Below, piece by piece: positions 35,776-48,724 of a stretch of 64,000 bases of DNA; position 1 is the stretch's first letter, and the number at the start of each line of letters is the position of its first letter. This stretch comes from Vicugna vicugna (Eukaryota). The DNA is taken from assembly GCA_013265495.1 (NCBI GenBank), contig MU060796.1:997104-1061103 (forward strand), given 5' to 3'. The notes beneath the pieces were generated by a model. The model was not told the origin of the DNA. It worked only from the letters and a program-made list of their open reading frames with translations, and ran no database searches. Both the position numbers and the translations under genes were made by a program.

Positions 35776-36979
35776 TGACTCTTGAAAAATGACCAAATGT
35801 TCCCCAGGGGGTTGGAGAAGTGGAAGGATGGACGGGTAGGGGAAATGTGTATGTTCAAGAAAGACCCAGAAGCCTAGTGCCCTTGGAGAATTGTGAATTG
35901 GTGATGGGGCCCTCCTTCCCGGACCCCACCTCACCACCCCCCACCAGACTTCTGTGTGTTCAGTCCTCACCCACCGAAGCCCACCATAATGACTTCCGCC
36001 TAAGAAAGCCCCCTCCAGGCCCTCAAGTTTGTTGCCCCCACTTGAATGGAAGCTCCTTGTGGGCAGGGTCTGTCTCTTTGACCCCATTTGCCCTGCCCAC
36101 CCAGAAAACTGGGCCATACAGCTCATCCAACCACCGGATTTAAGTCCAGGCTGGTTCCGTCCCAGCTCAATTGGTGCGTGTAACCCTTAAGTCCCTACCC
36201 CACAGCCTCTCCAGGCCGCTCAGGGAGCAGGTGGCTTGGAAGCCACGTCATGTGGTTGAGCAAGCGATGTCCAAAGAATGTGACCAGATCGGTAAGGGGA
36301 GCCTGGGCGGACAGCAGGAGGCAGGGCGTCCCTCGCGCACAGAGAGTATCCCCCTTCCTCACAATTCTTCATGGAATGAGAGACTGTTTAGCCGGTGAAT
36401 AACTTCCCTAAAGAAATTCTTCTGTGGTATTTCACCATCCCCAGCTGGTGTTTCTTGGCAGCTGAAGCAAGATAATAACCGTGTCAAAATGGCACCCACC
36501 ACCTTGCAGGAACAGGGCACGACTTGTTACCTGCGCATGCCCACGCAGCCTCCGCTGCCCTATCTCCTCCCCAGGCAGCTGGGGGGTGGGGGGGTGAGGG
36601 GTGGGGCGGCTCACTTCCAGGGCAATTTCTTTAGCTTTACATCAGACAGAAAGCCGGTGGCATGAGCCAGCCCCAAGGTAGATGGCCACCAGCTGCCTAC
36701 CAGCTCTCCCAAACACCACACCCCATCTCCTCTTCCAGGAACCCCTCCCATGCTCAGTTTTACCCCGATGTACTTGGACACATTTGAAAAAAGAATCTGC
36801 TTAATAAATTACCACCCCTACATGACCTGACAATCGCCACAGATAATCCAGGGCTATTAGAAGGCTTGTTTACAACTCATCTAATTTCAGGTTGTGCAAA
36901 TCCCAGCAAGTTAGGAAAGGTGTCAGCCTTCCTTCGGTTAATGGTACAACTTGTATTCACAAATTATATGTCATTGATC

Positions 36980-37375
36980 CAAAGATGTTACAGGCATTTA
37001 AAAAAACAAAAGCCATGCCTCCTCCCTTCCAGCCTCTCCCTCTGGGAATTTATCCGTAAGAAAACTATAGGGAACCGTGCGGGGGCGGGGGCGGGGGGAG
37101 TTAGTCCAGGTCTGTTCTTTGCAGTGTTATTTATGAAAACAAACCTTTAGAAACAACCTACATGCAGGGCAGTAGGGGATTAGCTAAACAAACCTTGGAA
37201 CGTGCATACCATGAGATGCTAAGCAGCCGCTTAAAACACGGATGCAGAAGACAGCACGGTGACCTGGGGAAGATACTAATTATCTATTGTTAAATGAGGA
37301 AGCAAAAGTAGGTTACAGAGCAATAGCTACAGTTAATTCCATTAAAATATTTTATAGAAATATATTTACTCTCAG
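36980..37375 (+). mobile_element. Old L1 (L1ME-like) fragment
   Basis: ctctgggaatttatccgtaagaaa ... tagaaacaacctacatg...gtaggggattagctaaacaaac. Confidence 0.6.
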
Positions 37376-37399
37376 ATGGGTGTGCTCAGCAGGCAGACA

Positions 37400-37605
37400 G
37401 ACAGGTTTGGGGTTTGTATCTTACAAGCGCTGTGACCTGGGGCAAGTTCTATAAACTTTCGATGCCTCAGCTTCTTTGACTGTAAAATGCAGAAAATGCC
37501 TCCTTCATACAGCTGTTGTAACGATCAGATAAAATTATCTATGTAAAGCGTTCGGCTCCATATCTGATACAAAATAAATGTCCAGTAAGTGGTGACTCTT
37601 GCTAT
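37400..37605 (+). mobile_element. MIR SINE
   Basis: gctgtgacctggggcaagttct...gcctcagcttctttgactgtaaaatg ... atgtaaagcg. Confidence 0.75.
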
Positions 37606-39149
37606 CATTTTTTACGTAAAAATGGTTAACTCTGGGTGGTAGAATTATAGGCACTTTTTTAAAATGTGTGGTTGTTTTTGCTCGTCCATCTCCCAAAAGG
37701 TATGGCTCTCGTAATGACCAAAGAATATTTTAAAATTGATAAAGTTGTTGCTTTTCAAGAGGCAAACTGGAACTAATGAAAGGCGAGGTATGTTTGTGAC
37801 CTCAGCAGGTGGGGCTGAGAACCTCATCCGATAGCTCCCTCCGCCCAGGAGAGGAGAGCAAAGAGCAGCTGGGGCTCGCGTGGATGCACGTCCAAATCAG
37901 GGGCGGGGAGGACGCTGGGGAGGGATGGCCCCACAGGTTTGGAAACAAGGTGTACGTGCCTGGTGCCGCCCCATCCCTGTCTCCTCACTCATCTCACCTC
38001 CTCCGGTAGTTTAGGGGGCAGAAGAGCTTGAGCCCTTCGTGGAGTGAGAAGAGGGATGGAGCAGGTTATTAATAAAGCAGAGGAAGGAGGAGTTGAGTTG
38101 GGGTGGGGGACTGGGGTCGGTCCCAATGAAAGGGGACCATGGGTGGCTCAGAGCTACTAGAGGTCGGCATGTTTCCAAAAACCCAGATTTGATGGCCTTT
38201 GCCTTGTCCAAGGAGCCCAGAAGGTCAGAGGCACAGTCTCAAGGCTCTGCAGGTCTGGGCCACTTGCTATAGGGCCCAAATGGTCCTTGTCTGGGCCACC
38301 CTTTCCTGAGCCACTTCGCTCAGAGTCCAAGCAAGTATCCCGGGCACTTTGGAGCCTCTTTAATTAGACTTGGTCTTCCAGGTCATGAAGGGTGTGGCAG
38401 CAGTGGCTGGGGGCAGGGGAAGGGCTGGGGACCATTAAATCCAAAGCCAGTCTCCACCCAGAGCAGGGTGGTGTCCAGTGACAGGGCCCGAGGTTCCTCC
38501 TTCTCACAGACAGTTAGCAGCCCAGGGACAAAAAGCTGGGGTCAGACCCAGTCCTGTGCTGGAGGTGGGGGCTGGGCTTGGTTCTCGGGCGGAGAAACCC
38601 AGAGCGCAGGGAAAGGGTGGAGCTGCCTGCCTGGGGCTGTGGATGACGGCTGAGGCCGGAGAGGACGCTGAGAGGAGGCAGGCCCCGTTCCAACGACCCC
38701 AGCCTGGCGCTTCAGTCCCCGAGGTGGGAACTCAAGACCGCCTGACAGGAGACCCAGGAGCGTCCCATCCGAAACCCTGGCGGCTCCACCTGGCCCTCCA
38801 CCCCACCTGCCATCTTAGGGACCGCAACGTAATGCAGGACCTGAAGGAGACGATTCCACTTTCCTCATGGAGATGCCTGCAGAGTCTGCTCTTCCCCCTA
38901 CTGAGGAAGAGGGGGAGGCAAGCTCGGGTGGGAGTGCCCCCTGGCCTCAGAGTCCCCAGCTCCGGGTGGTGGGGGGAGGAGTGGAGGAGGGGGGAGGCGC
39001 ACCTGCCTTCTAGAATCTCTGCCGGGAGCACACGTCAGCCACCCTCAAGAACAGGCAGCACTGGTTATGACTGATCAGCATTACAAAGCCATTTCTCAGG
39101 AATGTGGACCACTCCGGCTCCCCAGACCATCTCCCTCTATGCCACTGCT

Positions 39150-39785
39150 TCAAAATGAATCATACGATATCACCTCACACCCACCAGCATGGCTCTAATC
39201 CAAAAAATGGAAACTAACATGTGTTGGTGAGAAATTGGAACCTTCCTACAGGGTTGGTAGGAACATAAAATGAAACACAGAATCACCGTATGACCCAGAA
39301 ATTCCACTCCTACGTAAAGACATAAAAGAATTGAAAGCAGAGACTCAAACAAGCACAAGTACATATATGATCACGGCAGCATCACTCAATAGCCAAACGG
39401 TAAAGACAACCCAAATGTCCATCAGTGGATGAATAGATGTTTTTTAATGTGGTCTAGAAGGTGAAATGCTGACACGTGCTACAACGTGGATGAACCTCAA
39501 CAAATCACGCCAAGTGAAAGAAACCAGACACAAGAGGTCACGTGCTGTATGATTACACTTACATGAAATGTCCAGAATAGATAAAACCATAGAGACAGAA
39601 AGCACATTGGCGGTTGCCAGGGACTGGGGTAGGGTCGGGTAGCAGCTACGAGTGACAGCTTAATGGATAAGGGGTGATTAAAAAAAAATGTTTTGGAACT
39701 AGATAGAAGTGATGGTTCTGCAACATTTGAATGTACTAAATGATGCTGAGTTTTAAGTATACAATTTACATAATTTTCTCATATA
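39150..39785 (+). mobile_element. L1MB-like 3' region
   Basis: tatcacctcacacccaccagcatggct...tatgacccagaaattccactcct ... caacccaaatgtccatcagtggatgaatagat. Confidence 0.9.
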
Positions 39786-39789
39786 ATGA

Positions 39790-39960
39790 ATCATAGCCAG
39801 AAACTTCTTCATGCAGGACCATGTGTTTCACCCACATGACCTCATTTCATCCTCAGAACAGGCTCATGAAACAGAGATTTATTATCCCATTTTACTGATA
39901 AGAAAACTGAGGCTCAGAGAGGTCATGTCATTTGCCCAAGGCCTCATAGCTCGTGCTCTG
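39790..39960 (-). mobile_element. MIR fragment
   Basis: tattatcccattttactgataagaaaactgaggctcagagaggtcatgtcatttgcccaagg. Confidence 0.75.
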
Positions 39961-40689
39961 CCCGCGGCAGAGCAGAGAATTTATTCACTGCATTGAGGCT
40001 ATCTTAGAACTGCCTAGAAATTCTTCCAAGCTGAGTAAGATGGCTCATAGGGAGCTGGGGACAGGCATCCGGCCCCGGGTGCTGCGGGATCACGGAGTCT
40101 CAGTGATTCCATGCAGCATTGGGTGCTGGGATTCTGAGAATGGTGGCAGGGAACTGTTCGGGGAGAGGGGGCCCTAAGGTAGAGCATGGTCCGTATGAGA
40201 ATTGTGGGGGCTGGGGCTGGAGAGCAGGCTAGGGAGATCAAGACCCTGCTCTGAGGGAACCAAACATCTTGGGTGGCAAACTGCCCTTGATCCTTCAGAC
40301 CAACTCTGCCTTCGCTCTCCAGTCCTTGTCATGGAAACCTAACTCAGAACAGAGGCCACACAAGGGAGTAGAAAGAGCCATGGCTTTGATGTCAGAGCCA
40401 TCACGTGCCCTGGGTCTTGGCGGGTCTTCTCCTCTCCCTCCTCCTCCTTCACTACCATGGTTAAGATGTACTGAGCACGTGCTATGCATCACGCGCTGTC
40501 CCAGACACTGGAGCCTAGATCTCTACAACAACCCTTTGATGCAGGATGGTGGTTACAGTGGTTAACCTGACATCATCCAAACCCACACCCTCCTGCTGCC
40601 CTCCAACCCCCAGCCCACCCCACCCGACCCTTGCTGTGTTTAATCTAAACCTGATCCGGCAGTCCCATCCCCCTTGCTATCTATAGGAT

Positions 40690-41030
40690 CGTGAAATCAG
40701 CGTGGGACCTGATTTCAGCCAGTGAGGCACGGAGGGAAGACTGTTGGGTCTTCTGACAACAGTTCCCTTGCTCTAGGAAAAGCTGGTCCTTCCTCCTCCT
40801 CCCCTGGATTTTGCCATATCTGGATGTAGTGCCAGAAGCTGCTGCCATCATCCTACCTCCAGCCTGAGGATGAAGTTAATATGGAGATGACAGAGCAGAG
40901 ACATGGAAGGACATCACAGAGCCATGGATGACACTGGGCTGGCACCTTCTGGTTACATGAGAGAATAAACTTACTGATTATTTAAGCCTGTGTTTGCTCT
41001 TACTTGCAGCCAAAAGGATCCTAACTGACA
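40690..41030 (+). mobile_element. MLT1J-like LTR
   Basis: gaagctgctgccatcatcc...tgaggatgaag ... ttacttgcagccaaaaggatcctaactgaca. Confidence 0.7.
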
Positions 41031-41039
41031 GATATTTAA

Positions 41040-41160
41040 TTCAAATGAGAGCTCTGAGGCTTATAAAGGTTAAGTAACTGGCCTAAGATCCCGCAGGTGG
41101 TGGACTGGGATCTGAGCCCAGACCATTTGGCCCCAGAGCTCCACCCTTCACCATTGTGAG
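41040..41160 (-). mobile_element. MIR fragment
   Basis: ctgaggcttataaaggttaagtaactggcctaagatc...gggatctgagcccag. Confidence 0.65.
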
Positions 41161-41499
41161 ATGATGCCTGCCTCTTCGGATTGTTGTCACCGCAAATAAA
41201 GTGTCTGGCACGAGTGAGGATGAAGATATCTACTGCACAGGAAGGGATAAAAATATCTCCCCCACAAGAGACGCAGAGGGATGCTCAGGGAACATGAAAT
41301 CCACACCCTGGTTTTCAGCCCTGACTTGGTGTCCATGCATTCCCAAAGGCTCAGAGGCTAGACTGCCTCCACACTCCTGCCAACTTATGTCCCTCCAAGA
41401 AGAACACAGGTTTCTAAATTCGAGCCCCAGTCCTCCTATTCCAGGCAGCCTTCCAAGATGTACCCCATGCATCCCCAACCCCCACCCGCAGGAGCCTGT

Positions 41500-42125
41500 G
41501 ACCTTCCCACACATACTTCAGCAATTTTGAAATCGTCTGTTGCTGTGATCCACGCAGCAGCCAGAGGGATCTTGCAAAAACTCAGATCAAAATCTCATCA
41601 ATCACCTGCCTAAAACCCTTTCACTTCTTCCCACTGCAGATGGGATAAAACCCATACTCACAAGTATGACCCACCAGGCCTCATATGTCCAGCCCTGCCT
41701 TGCTTCCAACTTCACCTGGTATTAAGCCCCCCATGCCACTCCACTGCAGCTTCACTGGCCTTTTAGTCCCTCAAACCTGGGTAAGTCGTTCCTAGCCAAA
41801 GGCCTTTGTCCTTACTGGTCCCTTAGTGGGACTGACGCTGGTCATCCAAGGTCTCACCTCATCTCAACGCTCAGGACTCTGGAGAGACCTTCCCGGGCTC
41901 ACCCTGTCTCAGTCTCTTCCATGCCACCCACATTTACTTCTCTACATATCTCCTAGGCTGCTCTGATACAGTTTCCTGTTTGTATAATTTTATTTCATTA
42001 TGCTCCATCACCCCCCTAGCGTGAACTCTGCCAGAAATGGAGGCGTGTCAGTTTAGATTCACTGCCAAATTCTCAGCACCCAGAATGATGCCTAGCACAG
42101 AGTAGGTGCTCAGTAAACACAAAAG
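41500..42125 (+). mobile_element. L2 LINE 3' region
   Basis: ccacgcagcagccagagggatctt...cctgcctaaaaccctt ... atgcctagcacagagtaggtgctcagtaaa. Confidence 0.8.
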
Positions 42126-42284
42126 GAATAAAGCTCCATCTCTGCATGAAACGTGGCTGTCTTAGTAAGAGATGCAACACTCCTTGACGGGAGTGGTTAG
42201 TGCACTCACTCTCATCCTGACATTTTAAGAACCTTGTAGTCATCAGCGTACGCTTTTCTCAGATTCACAGTGAAAAAGCACAGA

Positions 42285-42480
42285 TGTTGAGTTCTCACCT
42301 CAGCTCTGCTGGTTTCTCATGATGTGACCTTGAGTAAGTCACTCCACCTCTCTCTGTGTGCCTCAGTTGCCCTGACTGTGAACAAGGATGATTACTCTCA
42401 TGGTGTTATTGTGAGGAATGGGTGAGAAAACACTGGCTTTGGGCAGAGTGTCAGGTATGCAGAGTGCTCGATGTGAAGGC
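42285..42480 (+). mobile_element. MIR SINE
   Basis: tgtgaccttgagtaagtcactccacctctctctgtgtgcctcagtt ... gttattgtgaggaatg. Confidence 0.7.
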
Positions 42481-42526
42481 ACTGACTTTGTTTTGTCAGA
42501 AACTAAAAAGAGGAAGGGAGGAAGGG

Positions 42527-42658
42527 NNNNNNNNNNNNNNNNNNNNNNNNNNNNNNNNNNNNNNNNNNNNNNNNNNNNNNNNNNNNNNNNNNNNNNNNNN
42601 NNNNNNNNNNNNNNNNNNNNNNNNNNNNNNNNNNNNNNNNNNNNNNNNNNNNNNNNNN
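42527..42658. other. N-run, 132 nt
   Basis: Direct count; unique flanks. Confidence 0.99.
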
Positions 42659-43394
42659 CTGTAGGTGCTGTGACAGCAGCCTGTCTGCCCCTGGGGCACT
42701 TGGAGCGGCATCTCAAGATGGGCCCTGGGGAAGGAGAAAGCAGGAGGGGTAGACCCTTGCCAGAGCCTTTCCAGTGAGTTCCCCGATAGGCTCAAGCAGT
42801 GCTGGTGCCCAGAACACAGCACTCCCCCTCCAGGCTTAATCTGGGGCTTGAGCTTTGGGGCCCCTGGGGGACGGGGCAGGGGAAATCCACCCTGAGTCCC
42901 CCAGTTCTTTGCAGAGGCAGCCACTATTAGGAGAAATCTTCATGCCAGGATGAGTTGGGTCTTAATAGCTGCTAATTGGTCATAAGGCAAATAGGGGAAG
43001 GTATTAACGAGCAATCCATTTGGCTCCAAGTGAACGGACCATAACCCAGAAGGATTTTACTGGTCTGTCTCTGCTTTTTAAGAGTTTTCATTTCAAGAAT
43101 GGCTTGGCCCTAAAATGGTCCATTGTGACTGAGGCTGTGTGATAATGGGGGAAATATCTGAGGATCATGGGACTCAGGCACCTGCAGTCCACCCCGCCCA
43201 TCTTCCTGTCTTCCTGCTGTGCGCGGGGGTCTTCCAAGACCTAAGTCCACCCCGCCGGCCCCCAACATCTCTTGCCCACCTCACTGACCCTTCCAGGAGG
43301 AGCTGCCCCCACTCTAACAGAGAATCCACCCTCCTTTCTACCTGGCCTTATCCTGAATGGTCAGAGAATAGAACATTCTCTTTAACTGAGAATT

Positions 43395-44480
43395 ATCATA
43401 TCTAGCATGCATGGATTGCCAGTTTTCTTTTTTTCTTCCTTTTTTCTTCATTTATGGTTCTTAGCACAATCTATACAAATTAAAAATTCAGCAGAAAGAT
43501 ATACAGTAGAAAATGAAACACTCTTCCACATAATGTTACTTTTCAGAAAGAACCACCATTAACATTTGGATATAGAGCATTCCAGATGGATGAATGGATA
43601 AATCTTACTTTTGATATTAAGTATTTCAGAGATTAACATAACTAATGTTCAAGAAGGCACCATCCATCTTAAGAAATAGAACATTACAGACAAAATTGAA
43701 AGCTCCTGTGTCTCTTCTTTGTATCATTCCATCCCTCCCTCCCTACCCAGGAGTAACCTTTGCCTAGAAATGATCATTTCTACACCCGGGACACCATCAC
43801 TACTTGTGCTTATAGTCATAAAACAATATATCACATTGTTACAGAAATAGAATTATCATATATGCAACCTTCTGCAACTTGCTTGTTCCCCTTCTGCATT
43901 GTTGGCTGCAGATTCTCCATGTAGTTACATTATGACACTGTTTCATTCTTTTTTAACCCAGTATCGTATTTTACTGTGTCATCGTACCACAATTTATTCA
44001 CCCATTCTCCTGTTGAGAAATACTGGTGTCGTTTCTCATTTTTCACTTTACAAACGATGCTGCAGCGCATCGTTTGTATCCATCTCCTTGCGTATATGTG
44101 CATAAGTTTCTCCAGAGCATAGAGCTGGTCAGATGTCTGTCACGGTATATGACTGTTTCCTCTTTAGTGAGCATTAACAAATTGCTCATCAGAATGGCTG
44201 TACTAATTTGTATTCCTGCCACTGAATATTATTTAGTAGAATCACTAAAGAGAATAATTTGGTAATATTTATTGGTACATGAAAGTATGTGTTGTTCCAC
44301 ATTCTCCACCACCAATGTGGTGTTGTCAACATTCAAACTTTGGCTGATCTACTGGATGTGAACTGATATTTCATGGTTGTTTTCATTGCATTTCTGTGAT
44401 TACCAATGAAACTGAGCATCTTTCATATGTTTACTTGCCTTTTCTGTTTCCTTTTCTGTGAATTGCCTGTTCGTGCTCTT
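43395..44480 (-). mobile_element. Old L1M fragments (antisense)
   Basis: ccacaatttattcacccattctcctgttga ... atttcatggttgttttcattgcatttctgtgattaccaatgaaactgagcatctttca. Confidence 0.8.
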
Positions 44481-44954
44481 TGCCCAATTTCAATGGATAG
44501 ACAGATAGATAATATAGTTTAAAAAACAATTTTCAAAATAGCACACCATAAAACATTTCCTGACATATAAGAACCTTGTATAACCCATAGTCTATATAAT
44601 ATTCTGCAACATACCCTTTGTACTCTTACTACAACTTACACATCTTACCAGGCTAGCAATTTTTCATGTTATTTTGCGATGACATCATATAGGTATATTA
44701 ATGATTTATTAACCATTTCTCTGATTGACAGACACTTAGATTATTTTCATTTGTTTCCATTATAAATAGTGAATATTTTGTAGCAATATATTTAGGTATA
44801 AACACAGCTGTTCCTATAGAAGACAGCCAATTCTCAGTGAGTGAGTTGTAAGTAGTGATATATAACCCAAAGGACATTAGAATCCAATAAAAAGTTCAAC
44901 GAAATAAAGTCGGCATTAAATTTCTTCTAGACTTAGTTCCTCCTTTAAAAAAAA

Positions 44955-45465
44955 ATGTTTAACAATTCAAAAAATAACCTGTGAACAACCAAGTTGGAAA
45001 TGTTTGGCAAAATCTGCTAAAGTAAACATGCACCTACTTATGACTCAGCAATTCCATTCCTGAGTATCCACCCAGCAAAAATAAGTTCACAGATCCATGA
45101 AAAGACATGTATGAGAAGGCTCTCAGCAGCTTAATTCATAAGCAATTTAAAATTGGTCATGAGTCAAGCGTGTACCAGTGGAGAAGTACAGTAACATGGA
45201 TGGATCTGAAGACATCACACTGAACTGAAGATGCCAGACACACAAAATATACCCTCTCCCATCTCACTTATATGAAGTTCAAGAACAGGCAAAGCTACTG
45301 TGTAATATTAGAAATCAGGGTAATGCTTACCTCTCGAGGTGAGAGTATCGAGGGGAAGGGGGCACAGTGGGGCCCTCAGAAGTTCTGGAAATGTTCTCTG
45401 TCTTGATCTGAGTCATGTATGTGTCTGTAAAAATTCGTCGAGTTTTACCTTTTAGAGGTGTATAC
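44955..45465 (+). mobile_element. L1M (MC/ME-like) 3' region
   Basis: tatgactcagcaattccattcctgagtat...ccatgaaaagacatgtatgagaagg ... tatatgaagttcaagaacaggcaaa. Confidence 0.75.
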
Positions 45466-45469
45466 TTTA

Positions 45470-45860
45470 GGATGGACCTAAAGAGTATTGTGCTTAGTGA
45501 AATGTCAGAGAAAGGCAAATACTCTGTTCTCACATCTATGTGGAATCTAAAAAAATAAAGCAAATGGAAGTATATAAGAAAACAGAAGCAGAGAAAAGAT
45601 GTAGAGAAAAGGCTAGTGGTTACCAGCAGGGAGAGGGGAGAGCGGAGGGGCGAGAAAGAGGTGTGAGATTAAGAGACACAAACTTCGTATAAAATAGTTA
45701 AGCAACAACGAAATATTGTACAGCACAGGAAAATACAGCCATTATTGTGTAATAACTTTCAATGGAGTATTATCTATAAAAATACTGAATCACTATGTTG
45801 TACACCTGAGACTAACTTAATATTGTAAATCAATTATACCTCAATAAAAATATTTAATTT
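45470..45860 (+). mobile_element. L1MA/Laurasiatherian-type L1 3' end
   Basis: ggatggacctaaagagtattgtgcttagtgaaat ... ctagtggttaccagcaggg ... aatattgtaaatcaattatacctcaataaaa. Confidence 0.85.
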
Positions 45861-46084
45861 AAAAGTACACTATAATAAATATCATTGCAGCTTAAAAAAA
45901 AAAAAGAAATGTATACCTTAGATTTACTATGCTATAATAACTTCTTTTTCTTAAAGAAACAACCTTGTTATTTTAACTTACCATTTGTTTGGATTCTGCC
46001 TCAGTGAATGGAAGGAAACTGATTTTATTGAGAGCCTGCTAAGAGCTAACCAGCAAACTAACCATCTTGATAATTTTTTTAATT

Positions 46085-46220
46085 CTTTTTTTTTTAATTT
46101 TATTTTAGGGGGAGGTAATTAGGTTTCTTTCTTTATTTTTTTAATGGATGTACCAGGGATTGAACCCAGGACCTCATACATGCTAAGCATACACTCTACC
46201 ACTGAGCTATACCCTCCCCC
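46085..46220 (-). mobile_element. Camelid tRNA-Ala-derived SINE (vic-1 type)
   Basis: Reverse complement reads gggggagggtatagctcagtggtagagtgtatgcttagcatgtatgaggtcctgggttcaatccctggtacatcc; TSD tgataattttt(tt)aatt at 46068-46084 and 46221-46235. Confidence 0.95.
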
Positions 46221-46235
46221 TGATAATTTTTAATT

Positions 46236-46560
46236 ATAGTTTTTATAACTACCTCCATGATACAGGTAGGATTGCCCCTTTGTTTACAGAGGAGGAAACT
46301 GAGGCATGAAAAATGTAGGTAACCTTTCCAAGGTCATGGAGCCATTTCAGCTCAGTTCATAACCATCTGAATTGAGACTATAACAGCTGACTGTGTGAGG
46401 CATTCTTCTCAATGCTTTCCATGTCTTATCTTATCTGCAACGAGGTCCTATGGGACAAGCACCATTATTCATCCCCATTTTACAGACGGAGAAATTATGG
46501 CATAGAATGTCACTTCCCTGAGGTTGCACAGCCACTAAGTGGAGGAGCCCTGATCTCATT
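46236..46560 (-). mobile_element. Two MIR fragments
   Basis: tttacagaggaggaaactgaggcatg; catccccattttacagacggagaaa. Confidence 0.65.
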
Positions 46561-47539
46561 TCTGTGCGACACAAGCCCCAGTTCCGAGTTTTCTAGCTCA
46601 GAGGCAGTGAGTGGAATGTGCCTCACACTGGATGATGCTGCGGACGCTTTGCCTTCAGTGACTCACAGCTTTTTGCTTTGTTTCAAGAACTTCTGGTGGA
46701 AGCTTGTGTTTATGTGTTGGCTTCTTTTCCACACTCACGCATCTGTTTAGAAAGTCAGAAAACAGACCCGTCCAGTATCAAATCCCAAACATTCCAAGAT
46801 ACATTAGCTGGCAGGTCTCCCAAGGCAAAGGGGAGCAGGCAAAGGAGGGAGAGATAGAAGATAGAGAATTCCCCCTGTTTGCCTCTGCACCGAGCCAGGC
46901 CTTACCACCCCAGACCCCAGGGACTCCAGCACAGTTAATAAACCAGCGGCAAGAAGCTTGTGGCTACTATTTGTTGCAGAATTGGCTCTCACCTCGGGAC
47001 CACAATTTAATGGGAAATACAGCCTGATGTAAGTAAACGCCGAGGGTTAATGAAGATATGATGATTTAAGACAATAGGACCAGTTAGCCATCCTGGGCAG
47101 AGGGTGAGTGGCAGAAACATCTCTCTCACAGAAGGGGAGAAAGAAGAAGGGGTTGGGAGAGGGCAGGAAAAGGGGGAAGATGCCTGACCCACCAATCAGT
47201 TTATTGTCTAACAGAGCCATGCAAACGAGCAATCCTATTACACAGCCAGCCCTCCTTGGTGTTACTATCCACCAGCCACAGGGGTTCCATCTCAGGCCAC
47301 AGTCCTCAGTACCAGCTGATAAACCATTTCTGCATAAAGGGGAAGAAATCCCCATCGCTGTACATCCTCAGCCCTCAGACCCACCCATTGAAGTCAGCCA
47401 CGAGGTCTGGGTCCCTTTCCCCACCTCTGTAGGGCAGGTAGTGTCCCACAGAGTCCTTGGATGGAAGAAATCAGGCTGGGAGGAGAAGGAAGCAGAGCCC
47501 AGGGGAAGCCACAGGGACCCTGGATTCACTAAAAGCAGC

Positions 47540-47735
47540 AGCAATTAAAAGCCCAGACACTACCTACTGAGAGCCTACTGTGTACGTGGCCCTTTACATA
47601 CGTCACCTCTAATCCCTGCCATGACCCTACAAGGGGTATGTATATATTAGCCCCATTTTCCAGAAGGGAAAGTCGAGGCTCAAAGGAGCTTAAACAGTCA
47701 TTTGCCCCAAATTTTGGCCTGGCTGACTCCAAAGT
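47540..47735 (-). mobile_element. MIR SINE
   Basis: attagccccattttccagaagggaaagtcgaggctcaaagg...tcatttgcccca. Confidence 0.7.
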
Positions 47736-48724
47736 CCCTCGTTGTTAAGAGCACAGCCTCTCTCTACAAAGGAGGAAGGAAGGAAAGAGGAATTAGGGGA
47801 AGCAAAAATATCGACATAATGCTTTATAGATAGTAAGCACTCGCTGAGTATTGGCTACATATATCAGAGAGAACTGAGACCCTTCCTGATCATTTCCGGT
47901 GGAGATGGGCCATTCTAAGCCCACCACTGTCTGGGGTCTCCCCAAGCCTGGGCCAAGGACATCGCCTAGGAGAAACCGTGGCTCCGTGGGAACATACACT
48001 CTCTGAGCCTCCCCTGACAGCAGCTTGGGTTTGGATCCAGTTTGGCTACTAAAGGCTGCTGAGTCAGAGAACATGGAAACGTGGAGGAAGTGAGTTCTGC
48101 AGGTCCGTTAGGTCTGCTCAAAAAGGCGAGCAGTGTCCCACGCGTCGGGAAGGACTTATGAGGGCTGGAAGGGTTCTGCGTGTCAGGAATGGGCCCTGCG
48201 GACTCAGGTGCTGGAGCTTTAAGGAAAGCCAGGCTCACGGTTGGCCTCCAAGTAGACACACCCATTCAAGCCCTTCAGTGGCCTGAGGTGGAGTGGCTTT
48301 CAGCCTTTACACTGGAAGGGGTCAGGCACAATTTCAGTCCAGCCCAGCCCTGCAGGCAGGGTAGGCGGCCTGGAATGGTGGCAGCCTGGAGTCCTAGAGA
48401 AACCTAGAGAAAGACGTTGCTCTGGCCGGTCCCCCGAGGCCAGCACACGGAGAAACAATACCAGAGTAGTCCCTGGAGGTGAAAACAGGCTGTGCAATTC
48501 CTACCAAGTGAAGAGGGAAGCGCCTTGGGGGACAACATCAGCCGGGTAAGGCTCTTAGTCTACAAAAGGAAACCCAGGCGTCCCAGAACAGAGCTGCTGG
48601 AAAACCTGGATTCTGAACGTGGAATTGTAAATATATGTCATTTCCAAGCCCTTACCCACAGCAAGGCCGTCGGGATCCGCTCAGTCACACGTGCCTGGTC
48701 GCTGGGGTAATTTTCAGTTCTGAC

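Noticed and set aside
38478-39074. 198-aa ORF in a GC-rich patch
   Set aside because: Composition is rich in P/G/R/A/S as expected for chance ORFs in GC-rich DNA; GTG start, no domain, no exon structure.
40692-40717. 9-bp inverted repeat tgaaatcag/ctgatttca
   Set aside because: Short stem at the edge of an MLT1 LTR; expected by chance and too short for a miRNA hairpin.
45040-45050. Antioxidant-response-element match ATGACTCAGCA (TGACTCAGCA also at 58557-58566)
   Set aside because: The 45040 site lies in an L1 remnant one substitution away from the common gacccagcaattcc sequence; isolated matches with no context.
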